From assembly GCA_964532205.1 (NCBI GenBank), contig CAZHGQ010000003.1, positions 4,382 through 68,381 of the forward strand: a stretch of 64,000 bases of DNA. Reading direction: 5' to 3'. The notes beneath the pieces were generated by a model. The model saw only the letters and a list, made by a program, of their open reading frames with translations. It had not been told where the DNA came from and searched no databases. This DNA is from an uncultured Candidatus Saccharibacteria bacterium. Its GTDB lineage: Bacteria; Patescibacteriota; Minisyncoccia; Phycocordibacterales; JAKAEA01. Below, piece by piece: positions 47,606 through 56,902 of the stretch; positions within the stretch are counted from its first letter, which is position 1; the number at the start of each line of letters is the position of its first letter. A program made the position numbers and the translations under genes.

Positions 47606-48961
47606 ATGAAAGAACAGACAACAATGGAAAAGATCATTTCGCTGGCAAAGCGACGTGGTTTTATATATCAGGGTTCGGAAGTGTATGGTGGTTTGGCCGG
47701 TACCTGGGATTATGGCCCACTTGGTGTGGCTTTAAAAAATCGAATTAAACAGCTCTGGTGGCAGCGTTTTGTGGAAGATCGCGATGATATTTTTGGCGTT
47801 GATGCGGCAATTTTAATGAATCAAAATGTCTGGAAGGCTTCCGGGCATGTGGCTGGTTTTGCTGATCCGTTGGTGGAGGATGTAAAGACAAAAAAGCGCT
47901 ATCGGGCCGATCATTTACTCGAAGAAGCTGGTGTTGATGTTCATGGTTTGAGTTTGGCGCAGATGGACAGTCTTATTAAAGAGAAGGGAATTAAAAGTCC
48001 TGATGGCAACGCTTTGGGTGATGTGCGTCAATTTAATATGATGTTCAAGACAAATGTCGGCGCTATGGAAGATGAGGGTTCGGTTTCATATTTGCGACCC
48101 GAAACCGCGCAGGGTATGTTTGTAAACTTCAAGAATGTTGTCGACTCTTTTCATCCAAAGTTACCATTTGGTCTTGGTCAAATTGGTAAAGCATTCCGTA
48201 ATGAAATTGCACCGCGTGATTTCATTTTCCGCACGCGTGAATTTGAACAAATGGAAATTGAATACTTTGTACATCCTGACAATTGGGAACAATCTTTTGA
48301 AGCCTTTCGTAAAGAGATGATCGCTTGGACACGCGATATTGGTTTGAATGCCGCTCATGTGCATGAGTTGGAAGTTGAAACAGCTGATCGAGCCCATTAT
48401 TCAAAACGTACAATTGATTTTGAATTTGACTATCCATTTGGTCGCAAAGAGTTGTACGGTTTGGCGTATCGAACCGACTATGATTTGAAAGCCCATGCGG
48501 CTGCTAGTGGCGCTAATCTGGCCTACTTTGATGAAGAAACAAAACAGGAATTTGTGCCACATGTGATTGAACCGTCATTTGGTGTTGATCGCACAGTGCT
48601 CGCGATTCTCGCCGACGCCTATACCGAAGACCAGCTCGGTGGCGAGAATCGCGCCTTCCTGCGTCTCGAAAAAACAGTTGCTCCCGTTCGCGCGGCAGTC
48701 TTTCCATTGCTTAAAAACAAACCTGCGCTCGTTGAAAAAGCGCGTGAGGTGCATGCAATGCTTAAGAAACAATTTTCAAATATTGCTTTCGATGACAATG
48801 GCAATATCGGTAAGCGTTATCGCCGTCAGGATGAAATTGGTACACCGTCATGTATTACCATCGACTTTGATACATTAGAAAATGACACTGTGACTGTGCG
48901 TAACCGTGATACGGGCGAACAGGAGCGCGTCGCTATCAGCGAGCTTGCGTCAAAAATCTAG
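47606..48961 (+). CDS. glyQS: Glycine--tRNA ligase (dimeric class II GlyRS)
   Basis: MEKIISLAKRRGFIYQGSEVYGGLAGTWDYGPLG is the canonical N-terminus. Class II motifs FRNEIAPRDFIFRTREFEQME are present. Confidence 0.9.
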   Translation: MKEQTTMEKIISLAKRRGFIYQGSEVYGGLAGTWDYGPLGVALKNRIKQLWWQRFVEDRDDIFGVDAAILMNQNVWKASGHVAGFADPLVEDVKTKKRYRADHLLEEAGVDVHGLSLAQMDSLIKEKGIKSPDGNALGDVRQFNMMFKTNVGAMEDEGSVSYLRPETAQGMFVNFKNVVDSFHPKLPFGLGQIGKAFRNEIAPRDFIFRTREFEQMEIEYFVHPDNWEQSFEAFRKEMIAWTRDIGLNAAHVHELEVETADRAHYSKRTIDFEFDYPFGRKELYGLAYRTDYDLKAHAAASGANLAYFDEETKQEFVPHVIEPSFGVDRTVLAILADAYTEDQLGGENRAFLRLEKTVAPVRAAVFPLLKNKPALVEKAREVHAMLKKQFSNIAFDDNGNIGKRYRRQDEIGTPSCITIDFDTLENDTVTVRNRDTGEQERVAISELASKI

Positions 48962-48978
48962 TCCTGTATATTCATAGG

Positions 48979-50247
48979 ATGAAATACAAGCGAAAAATCC
49001 TCAAAAACGGCCTGCGATTGATTACCGTTCACATGGAAGATAGCCCGACTGTTACCGTCCTGGTCATGGTAGAAGCTGGCTCAAAATACGAAACAAAGCG
49101 CATAAACGGCATCTCACACTTTTTGGAGCACATGTGCTTTAAGGGTACTAAAGAGCGCCCAACAGCTCTCGATATTTCCAAAGAGCTTGATGCTATCGGT
49201 TCACAGTACAATGCCTTCACCTCTGAAGAGTTTACAGGTTACTACGCTAAAGCGGCGCCAAAACACGTGTCAAAAATTCTGGACGTGGTGGCTGATCTCT
49301 ACTTAAATCCGACCTTTGATACTAAAGAAATGGAAAAAGAAAAAGGTGTCATCATTGAAGAAATAAATATGTACCGTGATTTGCCGCATCGTCACGTGCA
49401 AGAATTATTTACTGAATTATTGTATGGTGATCAGCCGGCTGGATGGAGTATTGCTGGCACTAAAGAAACTGTGCAATTGCTCAATCGTAATGATATGGTT
49501 CAGTACCGCGATCAGCACTATGTTGGTGCGGCAACTACAGTAATTGTGGCTGGTAATTTTAATGAACAAAAAATTCAAAAAGAAATTGAACAGAAATTTG
49601 GTGTTCTGCCAAAGGGTCCAAAGACAGGGAAGGTGAAGGTTGTAGAGATTCAGGAAAAATCTCAACTCTATGTTGAGTCGCGAACTACTGATCAGTCGCA
49701 TATTGTGATTGGTGTACGCGGCTATCCGTTGGCTCACAAGAGTACACCAGCCTTGAAAGTTTTGAATGCAGTGCTCGGTGGCGGCATGAGCTCGCGCTTG
49801 TTTCAAAAACTCCGCGAAGAAATGGGGGTGGGGTATTATGTGCGATCGTCATATGATGTCTTGAGCGATCACGGTATTTTGTCTGTGGCGGTGGGCGTCG
49901 ACGTGAAGCGCGTTGAAGAAGTTACTAAAGCTGTTCTCGCCGAATTCAAACGCTTAACCAAAGAATTGGTTTCCGAAGATGAATTGCAAAAAACCAAAGA
50001 ATATTTAATCGGTAACATGGCTTTGAGTCTTGAATCATCAGATGAAATTGCCGAATTTTATGCCTTTCAGGAAATTATGAATCGCCCAATCCGAATGCCG
50101 CAAACTCTGGCTCAAGAAATTAAAGCTGTTACTGCCACTGAAATTCGGGCTGTTGCTAAAAAGATTTTTACCGATAAACGGCTTAATATGGCCGTAATTG
50201 GGCCAATTTCGGACCGTAAATCTCTCGAATCAATCCTGACAATTTAA
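48979..50247 (+). CDS. M16-family zinc peptidase (pitrilysin/insulinase-like)
   Basis: The inverted zinc motif HFLEHMCFKGT (HxxEH) is present, and the size and layout match M16B. Confidence 0.8.
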   Translation: MKYKRKILKNGLRLITVHMEDSPTVTVLVMVEAGSKYETKRINGISHFLEHMCFKGTKERPTALDISKELDAIGSQYNAFTSEEFTGYYAKAAPKHVSKILDVVADLYLNPTFDTKEMEKEKGVIIEEINMYRDLPHRHVQELFTELLYGDQPAGWSIAGTKETVQLLNRNDMVQYRDQHYVGAATTVIVAGNFNEQKIQKEIEQKFGVLPKGPKTGKVKVVEIQEKSQLYVESRTTDQSHIVIGVRGYPLAHKSTPALKVLNAVLGGGMSSRLFQKLREEMGVGYYVRSSYDVLSDHGILSVAVGVDVKRVEEVTKAVLAEFKRLTKELVSEDELQKTKEYLIGNMALSLESSDEIAEFYAFQEIMNRPIRMPQTLAQEIKAVTATEIRAVAKKIFTDKRLNMAVIGPISDRKSLESILTI

Positions 50248-50277
50248 TTTACTGCTCTCGAGTGTTATTATAGGATC

Positions 50278-51357
50278 ATGACCGAACACAAGCATGTGAC
50301 TGTTTCAATCAGTGTAATGTCTATCATCCGGATCTTATTGCTCGGCTTGTTAGCACTATTTCTCTATTATATTCGTGATATTATTTTGGTCGTGTTGGTT
50401 GCGGTTGTTATAGCTTCGGCCATTGAACCAGGCACTAAACTCCTCGTTAAACGCAAATTTCCTCGAGTTTTGGCAGTAATTACGATATATTCCATCATTA
50501 TTATTCTCGTTGTGGCTTTATCGTACCTCGTCTTACCAACGTTGATCAAAGATGTTGCAAACTTTGCCAACATGCTGCCGCAATATATTACGACACTAAA
50601 TGTGAACGACAGTTCAAGTACTTTGGGTTTGCAGACAATGAAGGGTTTATCAAATGGTGAATCGTTGGGTCAGGCTGTGCAGAACATTACTACAACATTG
50701 GCCACCAACTCAGCTAGTACATTAACATTGCTAACCACGGTCTTCGGTGGCGCTTTGAGTTTATTTGCAGTGATTATTTTGTCATTCTATTTAGCCGTTA
50801 AAGAAAATGGTGTGGAAGAATTTTTGCGACTTGTCATTCCGCTTCATCGTGAAGAGTATATTATTAATTTATGGCATCGCACCCAGCACAAAATTGGTCG
50901 CTGGATGCAAGGTCAAATGATTTTGGCCGCCATTGTCGGTGTTTTGGTTTTTGTAACTCTGACTCTGCTCGGTGTACCAAACGCCTTCTTCTTGGCTATT
51001 ATTTCGACAGTCTTTGAAATTATTCCGGTCTTTGGACCGTTTATTGGTTCGGTGCCAGGCGTACTGATAGGATTTATCGATGGTGGAATTACGTTTGCCT
51101 TGTTGTTGGCTTTGGTGTATCTCATCATTCAGCAAATTGAAAGTAATGTGATTTATCCACTGGTGATGCGCAAGGTTCTTGATATTCAGCCAATACTCGT
51201 TATCATTGCACTTATTGTTGGTGCCAAGCTTGGCGGTCTGCTCGGTATCTTAGTTTCGGTGCCAATGGCCGTCGCTTTAACAGAGTTCATGAATGATATG
51301 GGTAAAAATCGCTCAGCCGCTCGTGAACGTTTTTCAAATCGTCATGCCGAATCATAA
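50278..51357 (+). CDS. AI-2E family transporter (PerM/UPF0118)
   Basis: 8 TM helices. The conserved C-terminal region reads FIGSVPGVLIGFIDGG ... YPLVMRKVLDIQPI. Confidence 0.75.
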   Translation: MTEHKHVTVSISVMSIIRILLLGLLALFLYYIRDIILVVLVAVVIASAIEPGTKLLVKRKFPRVLAVITIYSIIIILVVALSYLVLPTLIKDVANFANMLPQYITTLNVNDSSSTLGLQTMKGLSNGESLGQAVQNITTTLATNSASTLTLLTTVFGGALSLFAVIILSFYLAVKENGVEEFLRLVIPLHREEYIINLWHRTQHKIGRWMQGQMILAAIVGVLVFVTLTLLGVPNAFFLAIISTVFEIIPVFGPFIGSVPGVLIGFIDGGITFALLLALVYLIIQQIESNVIYPLVMRKVLDIQPILVIIALIVGAKLGGLLGILVSVPMAVALTEFMNDMGKNRSAARERFSNRHAES

Positions 51358-52780
51358 ATTTTACATTACCAGTCCAATTTTTTACCCAAATGCCAAATTA
51401 CATTTGGGTCATGCCTACACCATGACGGTTTGTGATATTTTAGCGCGCTATCATCGGCTGGTGGGCGACGCAACATATTTTTTGACAGGCACAGATGAAA
51501 ACACTGGTAAGGTTATTAAGGTTGCCGCTGAACAGAATGTGAGTACGCATGAATATCTCGAGGGTATCAGCGCCAATTTTCAAAAATTATATTCAGACTT
51601 GGACATCCAGTACGATCAATTCATCCGTACCACAGATCAGGGTGTGCATTGGCCGGGCGCAGTGAAAATGTGGCAGAAACTGGTTGAAGCCGGTGATATT
51701 TACAAAGGAACATATACGGGCTTGTATTGTTTGAGTTGCGAAACATTCTATACCGAAAAAGATTTGGTTGATGGTAAATGTCCGGTTCATGGCACAGAAC
51801 CAGAACGTATTACGGAGGATAATTATTTTTTCAAACTTTCCAAATACACCAAGACGATTAAAGAAAAAATTGAAAGTGGGGAAATGAATATTTTGCCTGA
51901 GACGCGCAAGAATGAAATTGTGGCGTTGCTTGATCGTGGCTTGGAAGATATTAGTTTTTCACGACCAATTAAAAATGTGCCGCACGGAATTCCGGTGCCC
52001 GGTGATGAGGCTCAGGTGATCTATGTCTGGTGCGATGCTTTGGTGAATTATATTTCGGCTTTAGGCTATGGCACTGATGAGAAAAAGTTGACTGAGTTTT
52101 GGCCGGCCGAGGTGCATGTCATTGGCAAGGACATTTTGCGCTTTCATGCCGCAATTTGGCCAGCTATGTTACTGTCGGCCGGCCTACCATTACCCAAGAA
52201 TCTCTTTGTCCACGGCCTGATTATGTCTGGTGGTCGTAAGATGTCCAAATCACTCGGTAATGTCATTGACCCCGAAGAATTGATAGCTGAATATGGTAAA
52301 GATGCGGTGCGTTACTATTTGGCTAAAGAAATTAGCCCATTTGAAGATGGTGATTTAACGCGTGAAAGTTTTAAGGCAGTTTATAATGCTCAATTGGCCA
52401 ATGGTCTTGGTAATCTAGTCTCCCGAGTGATGAGAATGGCTACAAGCTACGATGTGACTAAACCAACATTGCTGTCAGAACAAGAAATAGTTAAAACATC
52501 TGAAGCCTATATTAAGCATTTCAAGGCCTTCGAATTTCATAAGGCCGCAGAATTCGTAGCCCAAGAGGTAACCCGACTCGATCAACACATTCAAAAAACA
52601 GAACCATTTAAATTGGTTAAAACTGATCCAGAGCAAGCCAAAAACATTGTTACTGAACTTGTTGAGGGTGTGTGGCGTATTGCTACACTCCTCACACCGT
52701 TTATTCCTGATACGGCGGGTAAAATTAAAGAATCAATTAAACATTGGCAAATGCCACAAGCTTTATTCTTGAGAAAATAA
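51344..52780 (+). CDS. metG: Methionine--tRNA ligase
   Basis: FYITSPIFYPNAKLHLGHAYT is the HIGH region and KMSKSLGN is present. There are no zinc-knuckle Cys. The ATG at 51344 overlaps the upstream gene end. Confidence 0.9.
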   Translation: MPNHKFYITSPIFYPNAKLHLGHAYTMTVCDILARYHRLVGDATYFLTGTDENTGKVIKVAAEQNVSTHEYLEGISANFQKLYSDLDIQYDQFIRTTDQGVHWPGAVKMWQKLVEAGDIYKGTYTGLYCLSCETFYTEKDLVDGKCPVHGTEPERITEDNYFFKLSKYTKTIKEKIESGEMNILPETRKNEIVALLDRGLEDISFSRPIKNVPHGIPVPGDEAQVIYVWCDALVNYISALGYGTDEKKLTEFWPAEVHVIGKDILRFHAAIWPAMLLSAGLPLPKNLFVHGLIMSGGRKMSKSLGNVIDPEELIAEYGKDAVRYYLAKEISPFEDGDLTRESFKAVYNAQLANGLGNLVSRVMRMATSYDVTKPTLLSEQEIVKTSEAYIKHFKAFEFHKAAEFVAQEVTRLDQHIQKTEPFKLVKTDPEQAKNIVTELVEGVWRIATLLTPFIPDTAGKIKESIKHWQMPQALFLRK

Positions 52781-52781
52781 C

Positions 52782-53570
52782 ATGCTAAATTATTTCGACA
52801 TTCATTCACACCTCAATTTCTTTCAGTTCGATGAGGATCGAGAGCAGATTATTGCCGAAATGAAAAAGCGGGGATTCGGTACAATTACTGTCGGCACTGA
52901 TCTTACAACTTCGGGTGAAGCCATTGCTTTGGCAGAAAAGCATGAAAACTTTTATGCGGCTATTGGTCTGCATCCCATGGACACCATTCAGGGATTCTCG
53001 CCGACCGCCTTTGAGGCGCTTATCAGTCATCCGAAAGTGGTGGCGGTCGGCGAGTGTGGTCTCGATTACAACCGTTTGGCCGGCGACACTGAAGCCAGCA
53101 AATTGGTTCAGAAGGGAATTTTTGAGCAGCAAATTGAGCTAGCTGTGACTCACCAGAAACCATTGATGATTCATTGCCGTGAAGCCTACGTTGATACGCT
53201 CGAAATTCTCAAATCTCGTAAAGCAATTCATGGTGATAAGCTTCGTGGCAACTTCCATTTCTTCGTCCATTCAATTGAGGTGGCTCGTCAGTGTTTTGAC
53301 CTTGGCTTTACTATTTCATTTACCGGTCCGATTACATTCTCAAATGATTATGACGATGTGGTGGACTTTGCTCCAATCGAGAAAATCATGACCGAGACGG
53401 ATGCGCCGTTTGCTGCGCCTGAGCCATACCGCGGGAAGCGCAATTCACCACTGTACGTCGAAGAAGTAGTCAAAAAAGTCGCCGCCGTTAAGAAACTAGA
53501 CCTTGACACAGTTAAGAAAAAGATGGTTGATAACGTTTTTGATCATTTTTTGAAAAAGCCTTCAGCTTAA
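52782..53570 (+). CDS. TatD-family metal-dependent hydrolase/DNase
   Basis: MLNYFDIHSHLNF ... VAVGECGLDY ... HCREAY match the TatD motifs. Confidence 0.85.
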   Translation: MLNYFDIHSHLNFFQFDEDREQIIAEMKKRGFGTITVGTDLTTSGEAIALAEKHENFYAAIGLHPMDTIQGFSPTAFEALISHPKVVAVGECGLDYNRLAGDTEASKLVQKGIFEQQIELAVTHQKPLMIHCREAYVDTLEILKSRKAIHGDKLRGNFHFFVHSIEVARQCFDLGFTISFTGPITFSNDYDDVVDFAPIEKIMTETDAPFAAPEPYRGKRNSPLYVEEVVKKVAAVKKLDLDTVKKKMVDNVFDHFLKKPSA

Positions 53571-53633
53571 AGGGCTATACTGGGCCTAGGCTGTTGCATA
53601 AGTCGTCTCTATGTGATAGTCTTCTGCTTATCT

Positions 53634-54098
53634 ATGGAAAAACGAGAACAACTGGATAACAAGCCAAAAGTCTATGAAATAGGCTACCTTCTGGTACCTT
53701 CAATCGCTGAAGAGCAGGTTGCGGCCGAAGTGCAGCAAATTAAAAATGTCTTGGAAAAGCATAATTCTTCATTTATTACCGAAGATTTTCCAAAACTTCA
53801 GCAATTGGCCTACACAATGCGCAAAGTAACTGGTGCTAATAGCCAGAAGCATGACAAAGCCTACTTTGGCTGGGTTAAGTTCGAAACTATGGCTTCTCAG
53901 ATCCCTCAGATCAAGTCAGAATTGGAAAAGAATGACAACATTCTCCGATACATGATCATTAACACAGTACGAGAAAACACCATGATCTCGTCTAAGCTCG
54001 CCTTCAAGCCAGAAGCTGAGGCAAAATCTGACAAAGAAGAGCCAAAGATGTCAGAAGAAGAGATGGATAAGACTATTGAAAATCTCGTCGTAGAGTAA
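53634..54098 (+). CDS. rpsF: 30S ribosomal protein S6
   Basis: YEIGYLLVPSIAEEQVAAEVQQIKNVLEK ... is the S6 fold pattern, followed by an acidic C-terminus. rpsF-ssb-rpsR synteny supports the call. Confidence 0.8.
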   Translation: MEKREQLDNKPKVYEIGYLLVPSIAEEQVAAEVQQIKNVLEKHNSSFITEDFPKLQQLAYTMRKVTGANSQKHDKAYFGWVKFETMASQIPQIKSELEKNDNILRYMIINTVRENTMISSKLAFKPEAEAKSDKEEPKMSEEEMDKTIENLVVE

Positions 54099-54099
54099 T

Positions 54100-54552
54100 A
54101 TGTATTTAAATAAAGCAATTATTGTAGGAAATCTCACGCGTGACCCCGAACTCAAGGCATTGCCTTCAGGTATTCAGGTGGCCACAATGTCAGTCGCTAC
54201 GAATCGGGTTTGGAAGGATAAGAATGGTGCTCGCCAGGAATCAGCTGATTATCACAATGTGGTAGTCTTCGGCCGACAGGCTGAAACAACCACCCAGTAC
54301 CTTAAAAAGGGTGCTTCAGTCATGGTTGAAGGTCGAATGCAAACACGTTCGTGGGACGGGGCTGACGGTCAGAAGCGCTATCGTACCGAGATTGTAGCCG
54401 ACCGAGTGCAGTTTGGTAACCGTTCAAGTGGCGCACCGGCCACGAGCTCAGCTGCTCCAGCTGGTCAGTCAGCCAAAGTTGACAAAAACGAAGGAGTTGA
54501 TACTATCGAGTATCCAGAGGAAGAAATTAATCCAGAGGACATTCCATTTTAA
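54100..54552 (+). CDS. ssb: Single-stranded DNA-binding protein
   Basis: NKAIIVGNLTRDPELKALPSGIQVATMSVATNRVWKD ... with an acidic C-terminal DIPF tail. Confidence 0.9.
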   Translation: MYLNKAIIVGNLTRDPELKALPSGIQVATMSVATNRVWKDKNGARQESADYHNVVVFGRQAETTTQYLKKGASVMVEGRMQTRSWDGADGQKRYRTEIVADRVQFGNRSSGAPATSSAAPAGQSAKVDKNEGVDTIEYPEEEINPEDIPF

Positions 54553-54557
54553 ACACT

Positions 54558-54761
54558 ATGAATCAGGGATCATATTTTAAGCAGAATAATATCAAACACG
54601 TCGATTATAAGGATATCGAGGTTCTTAAGAAGTTCTTGAATCCACACGCTCGATTGATGTCAGGTAAGCGTACCGGCGTAAATGCCAAGGACCAGCGCAA
54701 GTTGGCTGAAGCTATCAAGCGCGCTCGCTACATGGGTTTGCTACCATTCGTTTCTCGCTAA
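54558..54761 (+). CDS. rpsR: 30S ribosomal protein S18
   Basis: The sequence IKHVDYKDIEVLKKFLNPHARLMSGKRTGVNAKDQRKLAEAIKRARYMGLLPFV matches S18. Confidence 0.9.
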   Translation: MNQGSYFKQNNIKHVDYKDIEVLKKFLNPHARLMSGKRTGVNAKDQRKLAEAIKRARYMGLLPFVSR

Positions 54762-54763
54762 TA

Positions 54764-54806
54764 AGCAAACAAAAAAACCGCCTCTCGGCGGTTTTTTTGT
54801 TTGCTT
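54764..54806. terminator. Bidirectional intrinsic terminator (A-run, ACCGCC-TCTC-GGCGGT, T-run) between convergent rpsR and efp
   Basis: Read directly from the sequence. Confidence 0.6.
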
Positions 54807-55386
54807 AGAACTTACTTGTCCCAGCGCGTTCTACATACTCACCAGTCTCTGTATTGATACGGATAATTTCACCTTCTTCAATAAAAAGTGGGCCATTGAT
54901 AACTGCGCCAGTTTCGAGTTTGATCTGCTTGGTACCACCTTTGGCTGTATCACCCTTAACAGCTGGCGGAGCCTCTGTAACCTTGAGTTCTACCTTAATA
55001 GGTACATCTACGCCGATTGGTCGTTCACCGAACATTTTTACGGTAATGAGGCTATTAGGCTTAATAAAGCGGATTTGCTGACCAAGAATGGCTTCAGGTA
55101 ATTCAAAACGCTTTGAAGGGTCATTGGCTTCGCAGAACCAGTATTGACCACGGTTGTTGTAGAGGTATTTAACCTGTTTCTTTTCAATTTCCGCTTCTTC
55201 AACCTTTTCTGAGACGTGGAAAGAGATTTCCTTAACGTTACCGGTAATCAGGTTCTTGAGCTTGGTAGCATTCACTGGCTTGCGCTGTTGTTTGCGAAAG
55301 ACGTGGGCGTCCAAAACTTCATATGGTTCACCTTCGAAAAGGATCACTTTACGAACGGTGATTTCGTTATATTCGAGCATGCTCAT
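54805..55386 (-). CDS. efp: Elongation factor P
   Basis: ITVRKVILFEGEPYEVLDAHVFRKQQRKPVNATKLKNLITGNV ... The three-domain length of 193 aa fits EF-P. Confidence 0.9.
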   Translation of the reverse strand: MSMLEYNEITVRKVILFEGEPYEVLDAHVFRKQQRKPVNATKLKNLITGNVKEISFHVSEKVEEAEIEKKQVKYLYNNRGQYWFCEANDPSKRFELPEAILGQQIRFIKPNSLITVKMFGERPIGVDVPIKVELKVTEAPPAVKGDTAKGGTKQIKLETGAVINGPLFIEEGEIIRINTETGEYVERAGTSKF

Positions 55387-55448
55387 ACAATTGCAAAATT
55401 AATGTGTTGCTCGATTTTAGCCTAAGTCTTTGAAAAAGTCTATGGAGA

Positions 55449-56495
55449 CTATTCGTCGCTGCTACCAGATTTTATAGCTAACGTACTATCTTTTTTGAGG
55501 TTCTCGCGAATTTCAGATAGGATTTTTTCCTTAATTTTTGGATTTTCACGGAGGAAGGTACGAGTGGCATCGTAGCCGCGACCCAATTTCTCTTCGCCGT
55601 ATGAGTATGAGGTACCGGCTTTTTGCATAATGCCCATTTTTTCACCAAGAGCGATAATTTCACCCTCTTGCGAAATACCCTCGTTGTAGATGAGGTCAAA
55701 TTCTGTTTGACGGAATGGGGCAGCCACTTTATTCTTTACTACCTTTACACGGACACGACCACCAACAACTTCTTCGCCTTTCTTAATTTGGGCAATGCGG
55801 CGGATGTCGATGCGAACAGATGCATAGAATTTCAAAGCTTTACCGCCAGGTGTAGTTTCAGGATTACCAAACATCACACCGATTTGCATACGAATCTGGT
55901 TGATGAAGATGACCATGGTACGTGACTTGGCCACGATTGCGGTAAGTTTACGGAGAGCTTGGGACATGAGGCGGGCCTGCTTACCAACATGGTGTGCGCC
56001 CATATCACCTTCAATTTCATCTTTTGGTGTGAGGGCCGCAACTGAGTCAACAACGACCACAGCTAATTTTCCGGAACGCACGAGACTTTCAGCAATTTCC
56101 AGACCCTGTTCGCCTGTGTCTGGTTGAGAAATGAGTAGGTCATTAATATTTACGCCAAGTTTTTGAGCATATTCGGGATCCATGGCATGTTCAGCATCGA
56201 TGTAGGCACAAATACCACCTTTTTTCTGAGCTTCAGCTACGACGTGGAGAGCCAAGGTGGTTTTACCTGATGATTCTGGACCGTAGATTTCGATAATGCG
56301 ACCTTGAGGTAGACCACCAACGCCCAAAGCGGCATCGAGGCCGATAGAGCCGGTGTGAATAACATCCACATCAACATGAGGTTTGTCGCCCAATTTCATG
56401 ATTGATTCGTCACCGAATTTCGTCTTGATCTGTGCTATTGCATCTTCAATCGCACTGTTATTTGCCCGAGGTGCTGGTTTTTCTTTTTTAGCCAT
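55449..56495 (-). CDS. recA: Recombinase RecA
   Basis: [46 protein letters not shown] ... with the canonical Walker A motif and L1/L2 loops. Confidence 0.95.
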   Translation of the reverse strand: MAKKEKPAPRANNSAIEDAIAQIKTKFGDESIMKLGDKPHVDVDVIHTGSIGLDAALGVGGLPQGRIIEIYGPESSGKTTLALHVVAEAQKKGGICAYIDAEHAMDPEYAQKLGVNINDLLISQPDTGEQGLEIAESLVRSGKLAVVVVDSVAALTPKDEIEGDMGAHHVGKQARLMSQALRKLTAIVAKSRTMVIFINQIRMQIGVMFGNPETTPGGKALKFYASVRIDIRRIAQIKKGEEVVGGRVRVKVVKNKVAAPFRQTEFDLIYNEGISQEGEIIALGEKMGIMQKAGTSYSYGEEKLGRGYDATRTFLRENPKIKEKILSEIRENLKKDSTLAIKSGSSDE

Positions 56496-56547
56496 GGTTA
56501 TGCATTAGTTAATGGTTAGAGGATATCACTTCGGGATGAAAATTTCA

Positions 56548-56901
56548 TTAAGATTTATTAAATACCAACTCTATCTTTTTAGAGACGACTCGGCCAAATT
56601 TGTCTTTCGCCTCGATTTTCCACAGGTTGTAGCCGTTTGTGAGTAATAATTTCTCTTTAAATGCACCATCCTTATCAACATAGATTTGGCGATTGTTCAA
56701 GGTGATGAATGAGATGTTTTTGGCGTAACCTTCGAGAACAATGAGTGGTTCAGATTGGGTCGAACCATTTTGTGGTGAAGTGATGGTAATTCGAGGTCCG
56801 GTGATAATGTTGCGAGCTTGAAATACACTGTAGCCAACGATAGACAAGACTACGAGACAGATGAGAATGATTTTATAGACAGTTTTTCCTTGGTGCGGCA
56901 T
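56548..56901 (-). CDS. Small membrane-anchored beta-rich protein co-transcribed downstream of ftsK, hypothetical
   Basis: The Met at MPHQGK lies immediately after the ftsK stop. A TM helix IILICLVVLSIVGYSVF is present. Confidence 0.4.
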   Translation of the reverse strand: MPHQGKTVYKIILICLVVLSIVGYSVFQARNIITGPRITITSPQNGSTQSEPLIVLEGYAKNISFITLNNRQIYVDKDGAFKEKLLLTNGYNLWKIEAKDKFGRVVSKKIELVFNKS

Positions 56902-56902
56902 G